Source of the DNA: a virus
Strand: one strand, 5' to 3'
DNA: 64,000 nt
IMG/VR virus record: IMGVR_UViG_3300010885_072825
Location: 64,001 to 128,000 of that record
Shown here: one piece after another, positions 9,460 through 19,303 of the stretch
How the letters are laid out: the number at the start of each line of letters is the position of its first letter
Numbering within the stretch: position 1 is the first letter of the stretch
Translations under genes and position numbers: made by a program
The notes under the pieces: generated by a model
Databases searched by the model: none
Told to the model about the DNA's origin: nothing
What the model saw: the letters and a program-made list of their open reading frames with translations, nothing else

Positions 9460-10623
9460 CTACTGTAGTTCAGTTCCGCCCTTGCGGGTAAGGTACGCTG
9501 GACTCACCATTTTGAGAATTGGACGCAGGGCGTGCTTTTCATCTGCCATTCGCTTGTCTTGCACCCCAGTGGAGGTGATAACAATACCTTCTCGGATATT
9601 ACCACCACCCATTAGTGTCACACCATCGCGAAGTTGGGTTAGGATGTCAAGATCCCAAGGACCACGGTAAAGAACAGGCGGACGTTCAATACCAATTGCA
9701 GCAAAGTTGGCAATTTTGCGATCAGTATCCATGTAGAACATATTGTCGTTAAACAGCACAGCCATATCAAATGCTCGGAAGATGGGCTTTTGTGAACCAT
9801 AGTGTAGGTCTTGAACTCCTCGGCCAAACACTTCTCCCATGATATGCACCTGTGCGCCCGCAAACGTCCGATCACAGTGCGCAATCATTCGTTCAATAAA
9901 ACCACTTTCCAGCACAGTTCGAACATAGAGATTGTATTGAATATTTTCCTCTACGTTCTTGAATACCAGGCCTTTGGCTCCCAGTCCTTTGCTGGCAATC
10001 ACAGCATCACCATTTGCAAATGCTTCAGGATTGTTTAGTCCAGGGAGGTAACTGATGCGACAAAAGGTCCCATGAATTTTCTCAAGCACTTCCACTTCAT
10101 CATTCACAAGGAATTCTGGGTAGTTTTGCCAATTTTCGATGTCATATGAAAACTGTGCTTTATGACAAGCAAACAGTTGTCCGGACATTGATGACGGAAT
10201 GGGTTCTTCATATTTTTGAATACCAAAGAACTCAACCACATTGTCATATACTGCAACATCTTGCTGAGTTTGATTGGGATGTTCAATCCAATGACGGTCG
10301 CCATCTGTTTTGACTTTCCAAACCAGGCCCTGTGAAACAACCCCTCTGAGCCGAATTGCTCGGACACGATTACCCTGACTTCCGGACAGCATGCCCTGTC
10401 CATTCTCATTGCAGTAGCCTCGATCTTTGAGAACGTCTAGTGGGATAACTGCATTTTCCGGAACATAAACAATCAGTTCACCTGCGGCAAATCGATGATT
10501 GCCGTTTTCGTCCTTATTGGTGATTGCTTCGTATCCCCGAATTTTGCAGATCGAAAGGCGGTCAGCACCCGGATGATCATAGACTGAATCGATTGGGAGT
10601 ACCAGTACTTCAAACGTGCTCAT
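9460..10623 (-). CDS. RNA ligase, DRB0094/Rnl2-like, with N-terminal OB-fold domain
   Basis: HPGADRL, RVRAIRLRGVVSQGL, motif I EKIHG, GEVFG, AFD, REGIVI, ILK. Confidence 0.88.
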   Translation of the reverse strand: MSTFEVLVLPIDSVYDHPGADRLSICKIRGYEAITNKDENGNHRFAAGELIVYVPENAVIPLDVLKDRGYCNENGQGMLSGSQGNRVRAIRLRGVVSQGLVWKVKTDGDRHWIEHPNQTQQDVAVYDNVVEFFGIQKYEEPIPSSMSGQLFACHKAQFSYDIENWQNYPEFLVNDEVEVLEKIHGTFCRISYLPGLNNPEAFANGDAVIASKGLGAKGLVFKNVEENIQYNLYVRTVLESGFIERMIAHCDRTFAGAQVHIMGEVFGRGVQDLHYGSQKPIFRAFDMAVLFNDNMFYMDTDRKIANFAAIGIERPPVLYRGPWDLDILTQLRDGVTLMGGGNIREGIVITSTGVQDKRMADEKHALRPILKMVSPAYLTRKGGTELQ

Positions 10624-10632
10624 TTGATTTCC

Positions 10633-10905
10633 TTAAAAATTCATATGTTGGTGGATAGAAGTGATGCCTGCAGGAATCATCCAAGCGGGCCAAGTAATGC
10701 CGAGGTAAATCAACGCGAGAATGGTGATGTGCGGAACCAACATTTTCACAAAAATTGCAGTTACCACAGAAACAATGAAGTATGCCCAAGCAGCCATTTC
10801 AAGAACTGCTTTTTGGGTTGCCGTCAATGTCCGATTGATAGATTGTCTAATTGGGCGTGGATTTGCAAGAGCTGTCATGTTAGTGTTCCTTGTTTGGTTA
10901 CACAT
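10633..10905 (-). CDS. Small hypothetical membrane protein
   Basis: Two hydrophobic helices ending GITWP. Confidence 0.5.
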   Translation of the reverse strand: MCNQTRNTNMTALANPRPIRQSINRTLTATQKAVLEMAAWAYFIVSVVTAIFVKMLVPHITILALIYLGITWPAWMIPAGITSIHQHMNF

Positions 10906-10918
10906 TCATAACAGGTTT

Positions 10919-11443
10919 TTATTCTGAGTCAACCCTTTCGTAGACGATTCCTTGCGGCAAGCTCATTATAATTTCAAATATGTGTTCTTCAGACCCAGAT
11001 ATAATCACATTGTTTGTCCATTTTTCAGAAAACACTTTAATATTAATTTCCCATTCTAGTTTTCTAAAATACTCGAATAACGTGTCATCATCTGACCAAA
11101 TTCTGACTGCATGCGTTCTGGGTGGGATTGCTGACAACAAATTATTAAATGACCAAAACAAATATTCATGCATCAAAATGCTGATTTCTTTGTTATCAAA
11201 ACCCCCAACATCACTGTCTGAATAATTGCTTATCAACCCGGGTACTGCTTGCCACTGATTTTGATGTAACCAACCTCGAATAGCAGTCAGCTCCATTTCT
11301 GAAAAGCTAACAATACATACAGCCGTTTTGGGATCATGAATAGGAGTAATTGATGACAGTGAAGTTTCATCAATTTTCCACCATTTTAAACAAAAACGGT
11401 CATTAACTCCTAGATCTGATTTGGGCAAACTAGTCAATTTCAA
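10919..11443 (-). CDS. Hypothetical protein
   Basis: 174-aa ORF co-oriented with and overlapping its neighbour. Confidence 0.55.
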   Translation of the reverse strand: MKLTSLPKSDLGVNDRFCLKWWKIDETSLSSITPIHDPKTAVCIVSFSEMELTAIRGWLHQNQWQAVPGLISNYSDSDVGGFDNKEISILMHEYLFWSFNNLLSAIPPRTHAVRIWSDDDTLFEYFRKLEWEINIKVFSEKWTNNVIISGSEEHIFEIIMSLPQGIVYERVDSE

Positions 11444-12185
11444 CTACTAAATTTGGATCAAAAGCAGGATTTAATTCATGCCCCACATACCCACGTGGAT
11501 TACAAACGAATCGAGTATCACCCAACTTAAAGTCAAAGCTGTCATGCATGTGCCCACTAAACCAAGCCAGCGGATTCACTTGATCAATAGTAGAATACAA
11601 TCGACTTGTATAATAGGGATTATTAGTATAATTTTTAAAACGTTCATTTATACATTCAGGAATTGCTGGATGGTGAGTTACTACAATCGTTTTTTGTTCA
11701 GGCTTGTTTGAAAATGATTCAATAAAGAATCGAGTTTGTTGATGCTCTGCTAGAATATGTTCAGGTGTTAATTTCTGACCACCAAAAGTAATTTGGTTAT
11801 AGTCATTCATTTGTGCAGGTGCATCCAGCATTGCTAGTAGTTGATTTCCGAATAGATTGAAATCTGTCCAAAGAGTTCCGCCCACAAAAGTATAGCCATT
11901 TATATCAACTGAGTTGTTTTGTAGAAAATGAATTCCTAGTTTTTGGCATTTGACGCGGAGTTCTTCTGTATGGTAAACAATATCTCGTCCATAAACCTCA
12001 TGGTTTCCGGCCACATAGATAGCAGGTATATTCTTATCCAAGAAAGTTCGTTCAATCCAGGGCAGTGCCATGCATCCCACTCCCATGTCACCAGCTAGTA
12101 CTGCTACATCACACTCAGGTGGTGTATGTCGGAACTTGCCGAACTCCAGGTGGCAATCATTCAATGAATGTATTTTTATAGACAT
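11430..12185 (-). CDS. Calcineurin-like metallophosphoesterase
   Basis: DCHLE, AGD, GNHE, THH and GHMH motifs. Confidence 0.9.
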   Translation of the reverse strand: MSIKIHSLNDCHLEFGKFRHTPPECDVAVLAGDMGVGCMALPWIERTFLDKNIPAIYVAGNHEVYGRDIVYHTEELRVKCQKLGIHFLQNNSVDINGYTFVGGTLWTDFNLFGNQLLAMLDAPAQMNDYNQITFGGQKLTPEHILAEHQQTRFFIESFSNKPEQKTIVVTHHPAIPECINERFKNYTNNPYYTSRLYSTIDQVNPLAWFSGHMHDSFDFKLGDTRFVCNPRGYVGHELNPAFDPNLVVEID

Positions 12186-12194
12186 ATTACAGCC

Positions 12195-12476
12195 CTAGAT
12201 CCTTCCAAGGAATTGCCTAGCAAACGTTTCTGCCCAACTATCCAAATTTTTCTGAAGTTCATCAATTCCAGAAGCTGTATGTAGACTTGGCGTTTTAGCA
12301 ATTGCGTTTGTAACAACTGTTGGTAATTGATCTTCAATCATATTGATGATACGTGATTTTTCCACAGGATTCATATCCTGATCTTTTATACTCATGTAGA
12401 GTTTTTCACTCACCATTATACAGATTTGAACGGTCAATTCTTCTAGTTGTGATTTATAGTCGCCGGGCGTTGTCAT
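12195..12476 (-). CDS. Hypothetical protein
   Basis: SD AAGGA; TTGACA-type promoter upstream (~12505-12534). Confidence 0.6.
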   Translation of the reverse strand: MTTPGDYKSQLEELTVQICIMVSEKLYMSIKDQDMNPVEKSRIINMIEDQLPTVVTNAIAKTPSLHTASGIDELQKNLDSWAETFARQFLGRI

Positions 12477-12536
12477 TGTTTTCCTTATAGATACGTCATC
12501 TTCAAGACTAACAGTTGTTATTCATCAATGTCAATA

Positions 12537-13853
12537 TCAATCAAAATCTGCTAGCAGATCAATGTAAGCATATGCCCCAAACGGCGGAACAATACGAGAT
12601 CCATGTCCTCCTGCGATGATCCAAAGAGTGTCACAATAATCGGACGATCCCCAGCCATAATTTGGATATCCATCTGTGAACCAAATTGCTTTCTTTGGCA
12701 AGATTTCATTTTGTTGCCAATATTCCCAAACAGCTTCAAAGCTAGTACCGCCGCCGCCTCGGCATTCATAACTTAGAAACTCTTCTTTGTTTTCATGTGT
12801 AAATTCCTGGTAGTTATGGATGCTAGTATCGAAGCACAAAACACCAATTTTAAACTGAGAATATACTTCCATGATTTCCCAGACTTCAGTCAAAAATTTC
12901 CTAGCAACTTGATCACTGATTGATGCACTCATATCAATTGCAACTTGTACATCAATTGTTTCATCCACATTAAGAACCGGCATGAAAATACTAGTACCCG
13001 TAAACCTGCGATTGGGTTCCATAAAGGTATAATCGTCTGACATACAACTGTTGATAGTTGATTGCAGTAGTTCTCGCCAATTGATTTCTGGTGTTAGAAA
13101 ATTGTTGAGCAGGCGTTGCATGCCAGCGGACATATTACCTGCCGCTGCGGCTGCTGAACTAATCAGCGCTGACTTGATATGTTCTCGAATTTCTTCTAGA
13201 TCAGCATCACTAATTTTAGGCATACTTTGCCCACCCGGATTTTTGCCATCTTCAGGGTCACTGGATCCTGCCATGGGAATATGAACATCCAGAGTCAGCT
13301 GTTTCTTGACCTTTCGTTTCATCAAGTCATCATAAACAGCTTCACTGGTCCATAGGTTGGGTTCACAATAGCGTTTGTCATAGAGTCCAACGCGTTGTTG
13401 ACCTTTGGTGGCAGAAGTTGTATCAACCACGATTTCTGTGGGCATCTTACCAATGCCTTCTTGTTCCAGAAATCCATTGACAATAAAATCCGTTGCCATG
13501 TTCCAATAGTCTGGATCGCGCAGTGAACGACGTCCAAAATGTTCAAATGCACAGTGAAGCAGCTCATGACAAAACACAAACATGAGTTCTGATGGTGCAC
13601 CAGACTGTTCAACGGCTAGTCCTAAAACAAAGTCTGCATTGTAATAGATCTTTCGACCATCAACTGCCATCGTAGGACACCATCCTACATCGGTGGCATC
13701 TACTAGACCAAAATGCATTGCCAGATTTCCCAAGAAGGGGTGTTTCATAAGTAGACTGATTCTGGCCTTAGTAATTTGACGCCGAGCTAGTTCTGACTTC
13801 TGACTTTTTTCAGCAAGTGTCAATTCTTTTGTTTTTGTTACTGCTTTTGCCAT
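12537..13853 (-). CDS. HExxH metallopeptidase-like domain fused to vWA (DUF2201-like)
   Basis: TMAVDG, FCHELLH, WNMATD, MIDAS AIDMSASIS, GGGGTSF, FTDG. Confidence 0.88.
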   Translation of the reverse strand: MAKAVTKTKELTLAEKSQKSELARRQITKARISLLMKHPFLGNLAMHFGLVDATDVGWCPTMAVDGRKIYYNADFVLGLAVEQSGAPSELMFVFCHELLHCAFEHFGRRSLRDPDYWNMATDFIVNGFLEQEGIGKMPTEIVVDTTSATKGQQRVGLYDKRYCEPNLWTSEAVYDDLMKRKVKKQLTLDVHIPMAGSSDPEDGKNPGGQSMPKISDADLEEIREHIKSALISSAAAAAGNMSAGMQRLLNNFLTPEINWRELLQSTINSCMSDDYTFMEPNRRFTGTSIFMPVLNVDETIDVQVAIDMSASISDQVARKFLTEVWEIMEVYSQFKIGVLCFDTSIHNYQEFTHENKEEFLSYECRGGGGTSFEAVWEYWQQNEILPKKAIWFTDGYPNYGWGSSDYCDTLWIIAGGHGSRIVPPFGAYAYIDLLADFD

Positions 13854-15043
13854 TAGACGATCAATTCTGCAAATTCTTTGGTGTATTCTTTCCAGATAGG
13901 CAAATCACGCCCACGGTATTGTGTTGGTTGGTGTGGGTGCCCCAAAATACCTTTACATCCCATAACAGCCAGCTCACGTTCAAAATTCCTTAGGATGAAT
14001 GTTAAATACGTGTTGGCCATTTCCTTCAGTTTTTTAACTGAATCCGGATTGGGGTTGGCTGCGGCTTTTTTATCCAGTTCAATAAGTCGATAAATGCAGC
14101 TTGTGATCAAGCTATATACAATACCAATGTCTTTAATATCTAGTTTAGTGAGTTTACCAGTCAAAATTTCATCTGGGTTGGGAAGTTTGGCGGCCTGTTC
14201 TCGATACTTCATGAACTTCAAACCACGACTTGCTCCCACTGTGCCATTTACCAGTGACGTCAGTGTTGATTCAGTGTTCCAGACCTTTTCGTGAATATTG
14301 CCCGCATCATCCACAGTCTGGAGGAACTTGCTGACAAATTCCCAGGAACGTGGTGTAGCAAATGCTTCTGAATCCATGTTCTCACCAAACGAGTTTAGGT
14401 CGTTGGGCTGGAAGCAAATATATCCCACAACATCTCGGTGGATTCGGTTTTGCATGGCCCACATCTTCCAGTCTTCAAAAGTCGTTTGAAGTGTGACATG
14501 GGTGAACCTGTTCCTGAGAGGAGTTGGCATTTTATAGCTAACGCCCTGGTCCTTCAGTCGATTGCCTGCTGCAATAATTGCACATTGTTCTGGCAGTTGG
14601 TAATTGCCAATACGTCGGTTTAGAATCATTTGATAGGTAGCTGCTTGTACACTGGGAGGAGCAGCTGAAATTTCATCATAAAATACCAGTGCTCGACTAG
14701 CTTGGTCAACTGGTAGGTCACTGGGATTACTCCAGCGGAATTCCTTTTCAACCAATGGCACCCCGGTATCATCACGCACTAGTTTACCATCAGCATCAAA
14801 TACTTTTACTTCTGCTAGATAGGGAATGCCTCGAACATCTGTAATATCCAACAGTGGCAATCGAATATCAATAAGTGGTCGATTTTGTTTTTTCGCTGCT
14901 TGCGCAACAATATCAGACTTACCAACACCTGGCCCAGCCCAAATCATAAGAGGACGTTTCATATCGATACAAACGTCGATCATTTCAGCAAGTGCTGCTG
15001 GTCCTACTGAATCACTGATATCAATCGTATTACCTTTAGACAT
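13853..15043 (-). CDS. MoxR-like AAA+ ATPase
   Basis: GPGVGKS, FYDE, AAGN, PLRNRF, ATPRSW; coupled to the vWA-peptidase gene. Confidence 0.88.
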   Translation of the reverse strand: MSKGNTIDISDSVGPAALAEMIDVCIDMKRPLMIWAGPGVGKSDIVAQAAKKQNRPLIDIRLPLLDITDVRGIPYLAEVKVFDADGKLVRDDTGVPLVEKEFRWSNPSDLPVDQASRALVFYDEISAAPPSVQAATYQMILNRRIGNYQLPEQCAIIAAGNRLKDQGVSYKMPTPLRNRFTHVTLQTTFEDWKMWAMQNRIHRDVVGYICFQPNDLNSFGENMDSEAFATPRSWEFVSKFLQTVDDAGNIHEKVWNTESTLTSLVNGTVGASRGLKFMKYREQAAKLPNPDEILTGKLTKLDIKDIGIVYSLITSCIYRLIELDKKAAANPNPDSVKKLKEMANTYLTFILRNFERELAVMGCKGILGHPHQPTQYRGRDLPIWKEYTKEFAELIV

Positions 15044-15113
15044 TCAAATACCTTTTTTCTCGGGTTGTATGTCAATTATATGGTAACTTTTTTGTTTGTC
15101 TACCTGACTAGTA

Positions 15114-15536
15114 TCAAAAAGTGCAAAAGGCTCGAACATTTCCACTGGATAATTGGAATTCAAAAGCTGCTTCTGGATTCCAGAGAAACATAGTGCCTGA
15201 TTTGAAAAACCAGGGTCCTGCTATGTAGCGATTCAAACCAATTATGACTTTGGGTGTCATTTCAGCTTGGAATTCTCGATAGGTTTTTGTTTGAAGTTCA
15301 ACTGCAATAGGTGGCCAGTGTGGGGACAATAATTCAAATCCGAATTTGGTTAACTGCCAACTCCTGTTTACCCAAACTAGGTCAGCTAATTCCTTGATTC
15401 GTTTTGCGTGTTCATCGGGACCCCGGTCAGTCAATTCCTGCAAAATAGGATTCAAGTCATTGATTATTTCAGTAACTTCCTGTCTAGATATTGCCTGTGG
15501 AAAACGATCACTCACCTTCTTTGATTTCAACTCCAC
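15114..15536 (-). CDS. Hypothetical protein
   Basis: 140-aa ORF within operon. Confidence 0.55.
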   Translation of the reverse strand: MELKSKKVSDRFPQAISRQEVTEIINDLNPILQELTDRGPDEHAKRIKELADLVWVNRSWQLTKFGFELLSPHWPPIAVELQTKTYREFQAEMTPKVIIGLNRYIAGPWFFKSGTMFLWNPEAAFEFQLSSGNVRAFCTF

Positions 15537-15804
15537 TGTTTAAAAGAAAAACTTGAAATTTAGTTGTTTTAAACATTCGATTTAATTTTTCCGCCAAATT
15601 AAAAGCATGACCCTGATTGGAAAAACTGCTTTTTTTATATTTCAGTGAATTTTCACTCAATAGACTATTTTTAATAGTTCTCAAATTAATGGGTTTGCCG
15701 TCATAGAATACAGCATAAATGCCGGTTGCTGCTAATACCTGTTCACTTTTATAAGTTTTGGGATCCGTATAATTTAATACTACTCGAGGTTTGGGACGCG
15801 ACAT
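15508..15804 (-). CDS. Basic hypothetical phage protein
   Basis: MSRPKP...IYAVFYDGKPINLR...FSNQGHAFNLAEKLN; late promoter at 15830-15837. Confidence 0.65.
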   Translation of the reverse strand: MSRPKPRVVLNYTDPKTYKSEQVLAATGIYAVFYDGKPINLRTIKNSLLSENSLKYKKSSFSNQGHAFNLAEKLNRMFKTTKFQVFLLNSGVEIKEGE

Positions 15805-15845
15805 AAAAACACCATAATGATTATATGGCTATTTATTCATTTTGT

Positions 15846-16082
15846 TCAAAAATTTCCACCTTCAAAACTTATATCAATTTGCTCAGATTTTTGAAGTTCA
15901 ATGATTTGATTTTGTAGATCAAGAATTTTAGAACTCAACGATAATTCGCGCGCTAAAACTAGACTTATTGCAGTAGATAATCTTTCTGCTTCCTGTATGC
16001 TCAAACGAATTTCTTTGCTATTTTGATTTTTAGCTGTTTGAAATTTAAGAACAAATTCTTCTATTCCATGATAATTTGACAT
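15846..16082 (-). CDS. Small coiled-coil hypothetical protein
   Basis: Heptad pattern; in operon. Confidence 0.55.
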   Translation of the reverse strand: MSNYHGIEEFVLKFQTAKNQNSKEIRLSIQEAERLSTAISLVLARELSLSSKILDLQNQIIELQKSEQIDISFEGGNF

Positions 16083-16083
16083 T

Positions 16084-16566
16084 TTATTGCAATTCCTCGG
16101 ATTTGTTTTTTTCTTGATTTACCACATGCGTTGCTTCAAGTTTCGTTTTAAATGGTCCCAAGGTTTGATACTGTTCCAAGGTTGCTTTTTTGGGGGAAAA
16201 TGCAGTTGTCCAGCCATTGGGAAATAAAATTACCCAATAACCAGCCGCATATAATACGTCTGAAGTAGCCGTTTTAGTATAAGTTGGTATTTGCCCCTCA
16301 GTTATATTGAATGGCGCGTGTTTTACCGGGAACCCTGAAATATCACCCAGTTCTTCTGATTTGTTATTGTCAGTTACTTCTTCAATCTGTATTTCTATTT
16401 TGAGCTGTTTTTCCATGTCAGCAAATGATTCAAACGTTTTGCCTTTGGCAATAGACACTCCAATCAGATGGTATGTTTCATTTATCAATGCACAAAGTCC
16501 CTGTTTATTTCCCCCTACTGAAACAATCCAGCTGGTTGTGGATATTGGTTTAAAATCATATCGCAT
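16084..16566 (-). CDS. Hypothetical protein
   Basis: 160-aa ORF overlapping the exonuclease stop. Confidence 0.6.
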   Translation of the reverse strand: MRYDFKPISTTSWIVSVGGNKQGLCALINETYHLIGVSIAKGKTFESFADMEKQLKIEIQIEEVTDNNKSEELGDISGFPVKHAPFNITEGQIPTYTKTATSDVLYAAGYWVILFPNGWTTAFSPKKATLEQYQTLGPFKTKLEATHVVNQEKNKSEELQ

Positions 16567-17563
16567 TGGCAGTATTCCTAATTGTCAATAAATGTCCGGT
16601 ATAGGGTGTAGAGAAGCAAGCACTAAAATCACTTGCCGATTTTTCTATTCTAACCAATCCATGCGTGTGACAAAATTGCAACAACCCAATACCAACTTGT
16701 GATCTACCGGGCCTATCAATTGAATCCAATATTGAACTATCAAATTTTTCAATTAGATCTGCTGGCTGTTGAGTCAAGTCAATCAGTAGTCGATTCCTTT
16801 TATAATCATCTTGTACACGGTGTTCCGCGCCTTCGTGATCCAACCAAGTACTTAACATCAAATTATTCCAAGCATAGCCCTGTGTAGTTCGATCTTCAAA
16901 CGCCAGCTGCATCTGCGTTTTTCTAACGCGTGGAAAAGCAGACATGATATTATCTGAAGAATCTCCGCGCAGACATTTTTCAAACAACATCCATTCGGGA
17001 TCGGGTTTGGCTATTTGGTTGCCTTTTTTATCAACAGCCGGGGCCCCATTTTTGTCCCAAACACCTTCAATAGTGTATAAGAGTGCTGATATACCATCAT
17101 AAAGCATTACACGATCTGATATCAATTGTTTGAAATCACTGTCACTGGAAATAATAACGTGATTATCTTCAGGATGTAATTGTATCCAACGCGCAATAAG
17201 ATCGTCTGCTTCAGCTTCTGGGTTTTGAAGAACTGTGCAATTGGTTTTTGTTCGGAGAAATTTAACAAATTCATTCATTGTTTCAAAAAAAGCAGTGTCG
17301 TCATCTATTTCACGCTGAGTTCGCTGTGCAGCAGCCGCCTTTCGATTTGCCTTATAGGGAGCATAGATATTTTTTCTCCATGAACGTCCTTCTAGCATGA
17401 AAACCAGGTGTTTGGAATCTGCATCAAACTGATCCCAAACTTTTTTAATACTTTGGAATATTATGTGCAATGCCATTCCAGAAGCTGAATCTTGATCCGG
17501 TGCTCGAATACCATGTCTTATTCGCATGAATAGATTTTGTTGATCTATTAGGATATATCTCAT
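16556..17563 (-). CDS. rnh: 5'-3' exonuclease, T4 RNase H-like (FEN family)
   Basis: LID..N, SWRK..Y..YKANR, EADD, SSDSDF.QL, GDSSDNI. Confidence 0.9.
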   Translation of the reverse strand: MRYILIDQQNLFMRIRHGIRAPDQDSASGMALHIIFQSIKKVWDQFDADSKHLVFMLEGRSWRKNIYAPYKANRKAAAAQRTQREIDDDTAFFETMNEFVKFLRTKTNCTVLQNPEAEADDLIARWIQLHPEDNHVIISSDSDFKQLISDRVMLYDGISALLYTIEGVWDKNGAPAVDKKGNQIAKPDPEWMLFEKCLRGDSSDNIMSAFPRVRKTQMQLAFEDRTTQGYAWNNLMLSTWLDHEGAEHRVQDDYKRNRLLIDLTQQPADLIEKFDSSILDSIDRPGRSQVGIGLLQFCHTHGLVRIEKSASDFSACFSTPYTGHLLTIRNTANAI

Positions 17564-17574
17564 TCACATTACTT

Positions 17575-18276
17575 TCAAAAATATTCTGTTAAATCACCTG
17601 AGATTCTTTGACTTTGTCCATTTGCCACAAATGTATTTTCAGGAATGTTTAGCTCATTTGAAACCAGTCGACAAATATCATTCAACCAATGATTTATTAC
17701 TTCTTCTTCAGTTCCATTGTAGCCATTTGCTTTTAGGAATTCCAAGAAATAATCATTGTAGTCTAGCTCAAAAAAGTTCTTTTTATCATCAACTGGATCC
17801 CAATTTATTTTGGGCATAGAAACCCAGGGTTCATGCCGGAGCTCAGCTGCTTGTTTTTCCATTTCATAATCTGTAATCAACTTGAATTCCAAATCCAACT
17901 CAAGTTTAGCTAGTTGCCATTCCACACTGTCAGTTTCACCTGGCAGTTTAGCTAGTCGATAATCATATTCAGAAATGTTATTATGCTTGAATTCAGTTTC
18001 AGCATTTAGTCGGGCCAGTTCAGTTTTATTATCAGCAATAAGTTCATTTTTTTGTAGTTCATAATCATACTGGCTAATGTGATCATATTGACGCTGTATA
18101 TCAAGTTTCTTTAATTGATATTCAATATCATTTTCAGATTCTAGAGCAGCGATTCTGAGATCAAGGTCATAACCAGTATATTCATATTCTGCTTGTGCTC
18201 TGAGTCTGGTTTTGCCTTTGAGTCCCCAGCTTGCCGGGTGTAGAAAAAATGGTATTATTGTGTTCTTTTTTGTCAT
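17575..18276 (-). CDS. Hypothetical protein with short internal repeats
   Basis: ISQYDYE, ISEYDYR, ITDYEME repeats; SD GGGGAG before ATG 18276. Confidence 0.6.
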   Translation of the reverse strand: MTKKNTIIPFFLHPASWGLKGKTRLRAQAEYEYTGYDLDLRIAALESENDIEYQLKKLDIQRQYDHISQYDYELQKNELIADNKTELARLNAETEFKHNNISEYDYRLAKLPGETDSVEWQLAKLELDLEFKLITDYEMEKQAAELRHEPWVSMPKINWDPVDDKKNFFELDYNDYFLEFLKANGYNGTEEEVINHWLNDICRLVSNELNIPENTFVANGQSQRISGDLTEYF

Positions 18277-18277
18277 T

Positions 18278-19234
18278 TTAAACTCCCCAAGCATTCCCTT
18301 TGACATTGACATGATATCTAGGACTCATTCTGTAACCATATTTAAGGCACAAATCATATACTATTTCTTGATAGTGAATATATTCTTCATAACAACCACC
18401 AACTGGCATTAGAAATACTTGTTCTACTCCCAGTTCTTTTACAGCTTGTTCAACTTCGGGAATGTGTTCTTCACCAGCAACCACAAATTTCAAATACATG
18501 ATCCGAGCTTTGACCTGTTCAAAGCTGCGAATGACTTCGGGGCGAATGGCCTGACTCCACAATTCTCCACTAGCAGACAGTTTGGGACTAACTGAAAAAG
18601 TTACTGTAATTGGTCTGGGTGGTTCTGGAGTTGTGTATATCTCTCGGTATCCACCCAGACCATCGTCTTCTAATTCACCCTCTTCCCAAGCCCATATTTC
18701 ATGTGTTTTATTACGATCGTTAAAATAGTCAACCAATGCTTTGCTGAGTGGTTGCGTGCCATTAGTTTCAAAAGTGAGATTCGTTAATTCCGGCAATAGA
18801 TCCAAAAGTTTGGGATATGCACGTTGCCAGCCCAACAGTGGTTCGCCGCCTGTAATCACTAGATGAAACTCTTTGCCATTTTCTGTGTGAAATTTGCCAT
18901 CTGGCAACAAAGCTCGCATTTCATTTACCAAGTCTTCTTCTGTTTTCATTGGTGATAGATGTTTGAATTCAGTGTAGATAGCCGCATAGCTATCACACCC
19001 TGTTCTTACCAGTGGTAAATCGTCAAATTTTTCATAATTATCGATGTTTTTGATTATTTCACCAACTTCAGTTGTCTGTTCTCCCTTAGGTAACCCAAAT
19101 GATTTACATCGAAAATTACACCCGAATGTACGTAGAAAAATACTGGGTTGTCCAAGCCAATAGCCTTCTCCTTGATGAGCTGGTCCAAAAAGTTCTGATA
19201 CTTTAATCATAATTACCTCTGATTCTATCTTCAA
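18278..19234 (-). CDS. queE: 7-carboxy-7-deazaguanine synthase-like radical SAM enzyme
   Basis: ELF...QGEG, FLRTFGCNFRC...GCDS, ITGGEP, FETNGT, SVSPKL, LMPVG, SPRYH. Confidence 0.85.
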   Translation of the reverse strand: MKIESEVIMIKVSELFGPAHQGEGYWLGQPSIFLRTFGCNFRCKSFGLPKGEQTTEVGEIIKNIDNYEKFDDLPLVRTGCDSYAAIYTEFKHLSPMKTEEDLVNEMRALLPDGKFHTENGKEFHLVITGGEPLLGWQRAYPKLLDLLPELTNLTFETNGTQPLSKALVDYFNDRNKTHEIWAWEEGELEDDGLGGYREIYTTPEPPRPITVTFSVSPKLSASGELWSQAIRPEVIRSFEQVKARIMYLKFVVAGEEHIPEVEQAVKELGVEQVFLMPVGGCYEEYIHYQEIVYDLCLKYGYRMSPRYHVNVKGNAWGV

Positions 19235-19264
19235 TTATTCTATATTCACTGGCTGCCAGTCAAT

Positions 19265-19300
19265 AAAAAACTCCGGACTTTGATATCCGGAGTTTCTTTT
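19265..19300. terminator. Intrinsic terminator
   Basis: AAAAAACTCCGGA-N7-TCCGGAGTTTCTTT, giving a U-run on the minus strand. Confidence 0.75.
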
Positions 19301-19303
19301 GAG

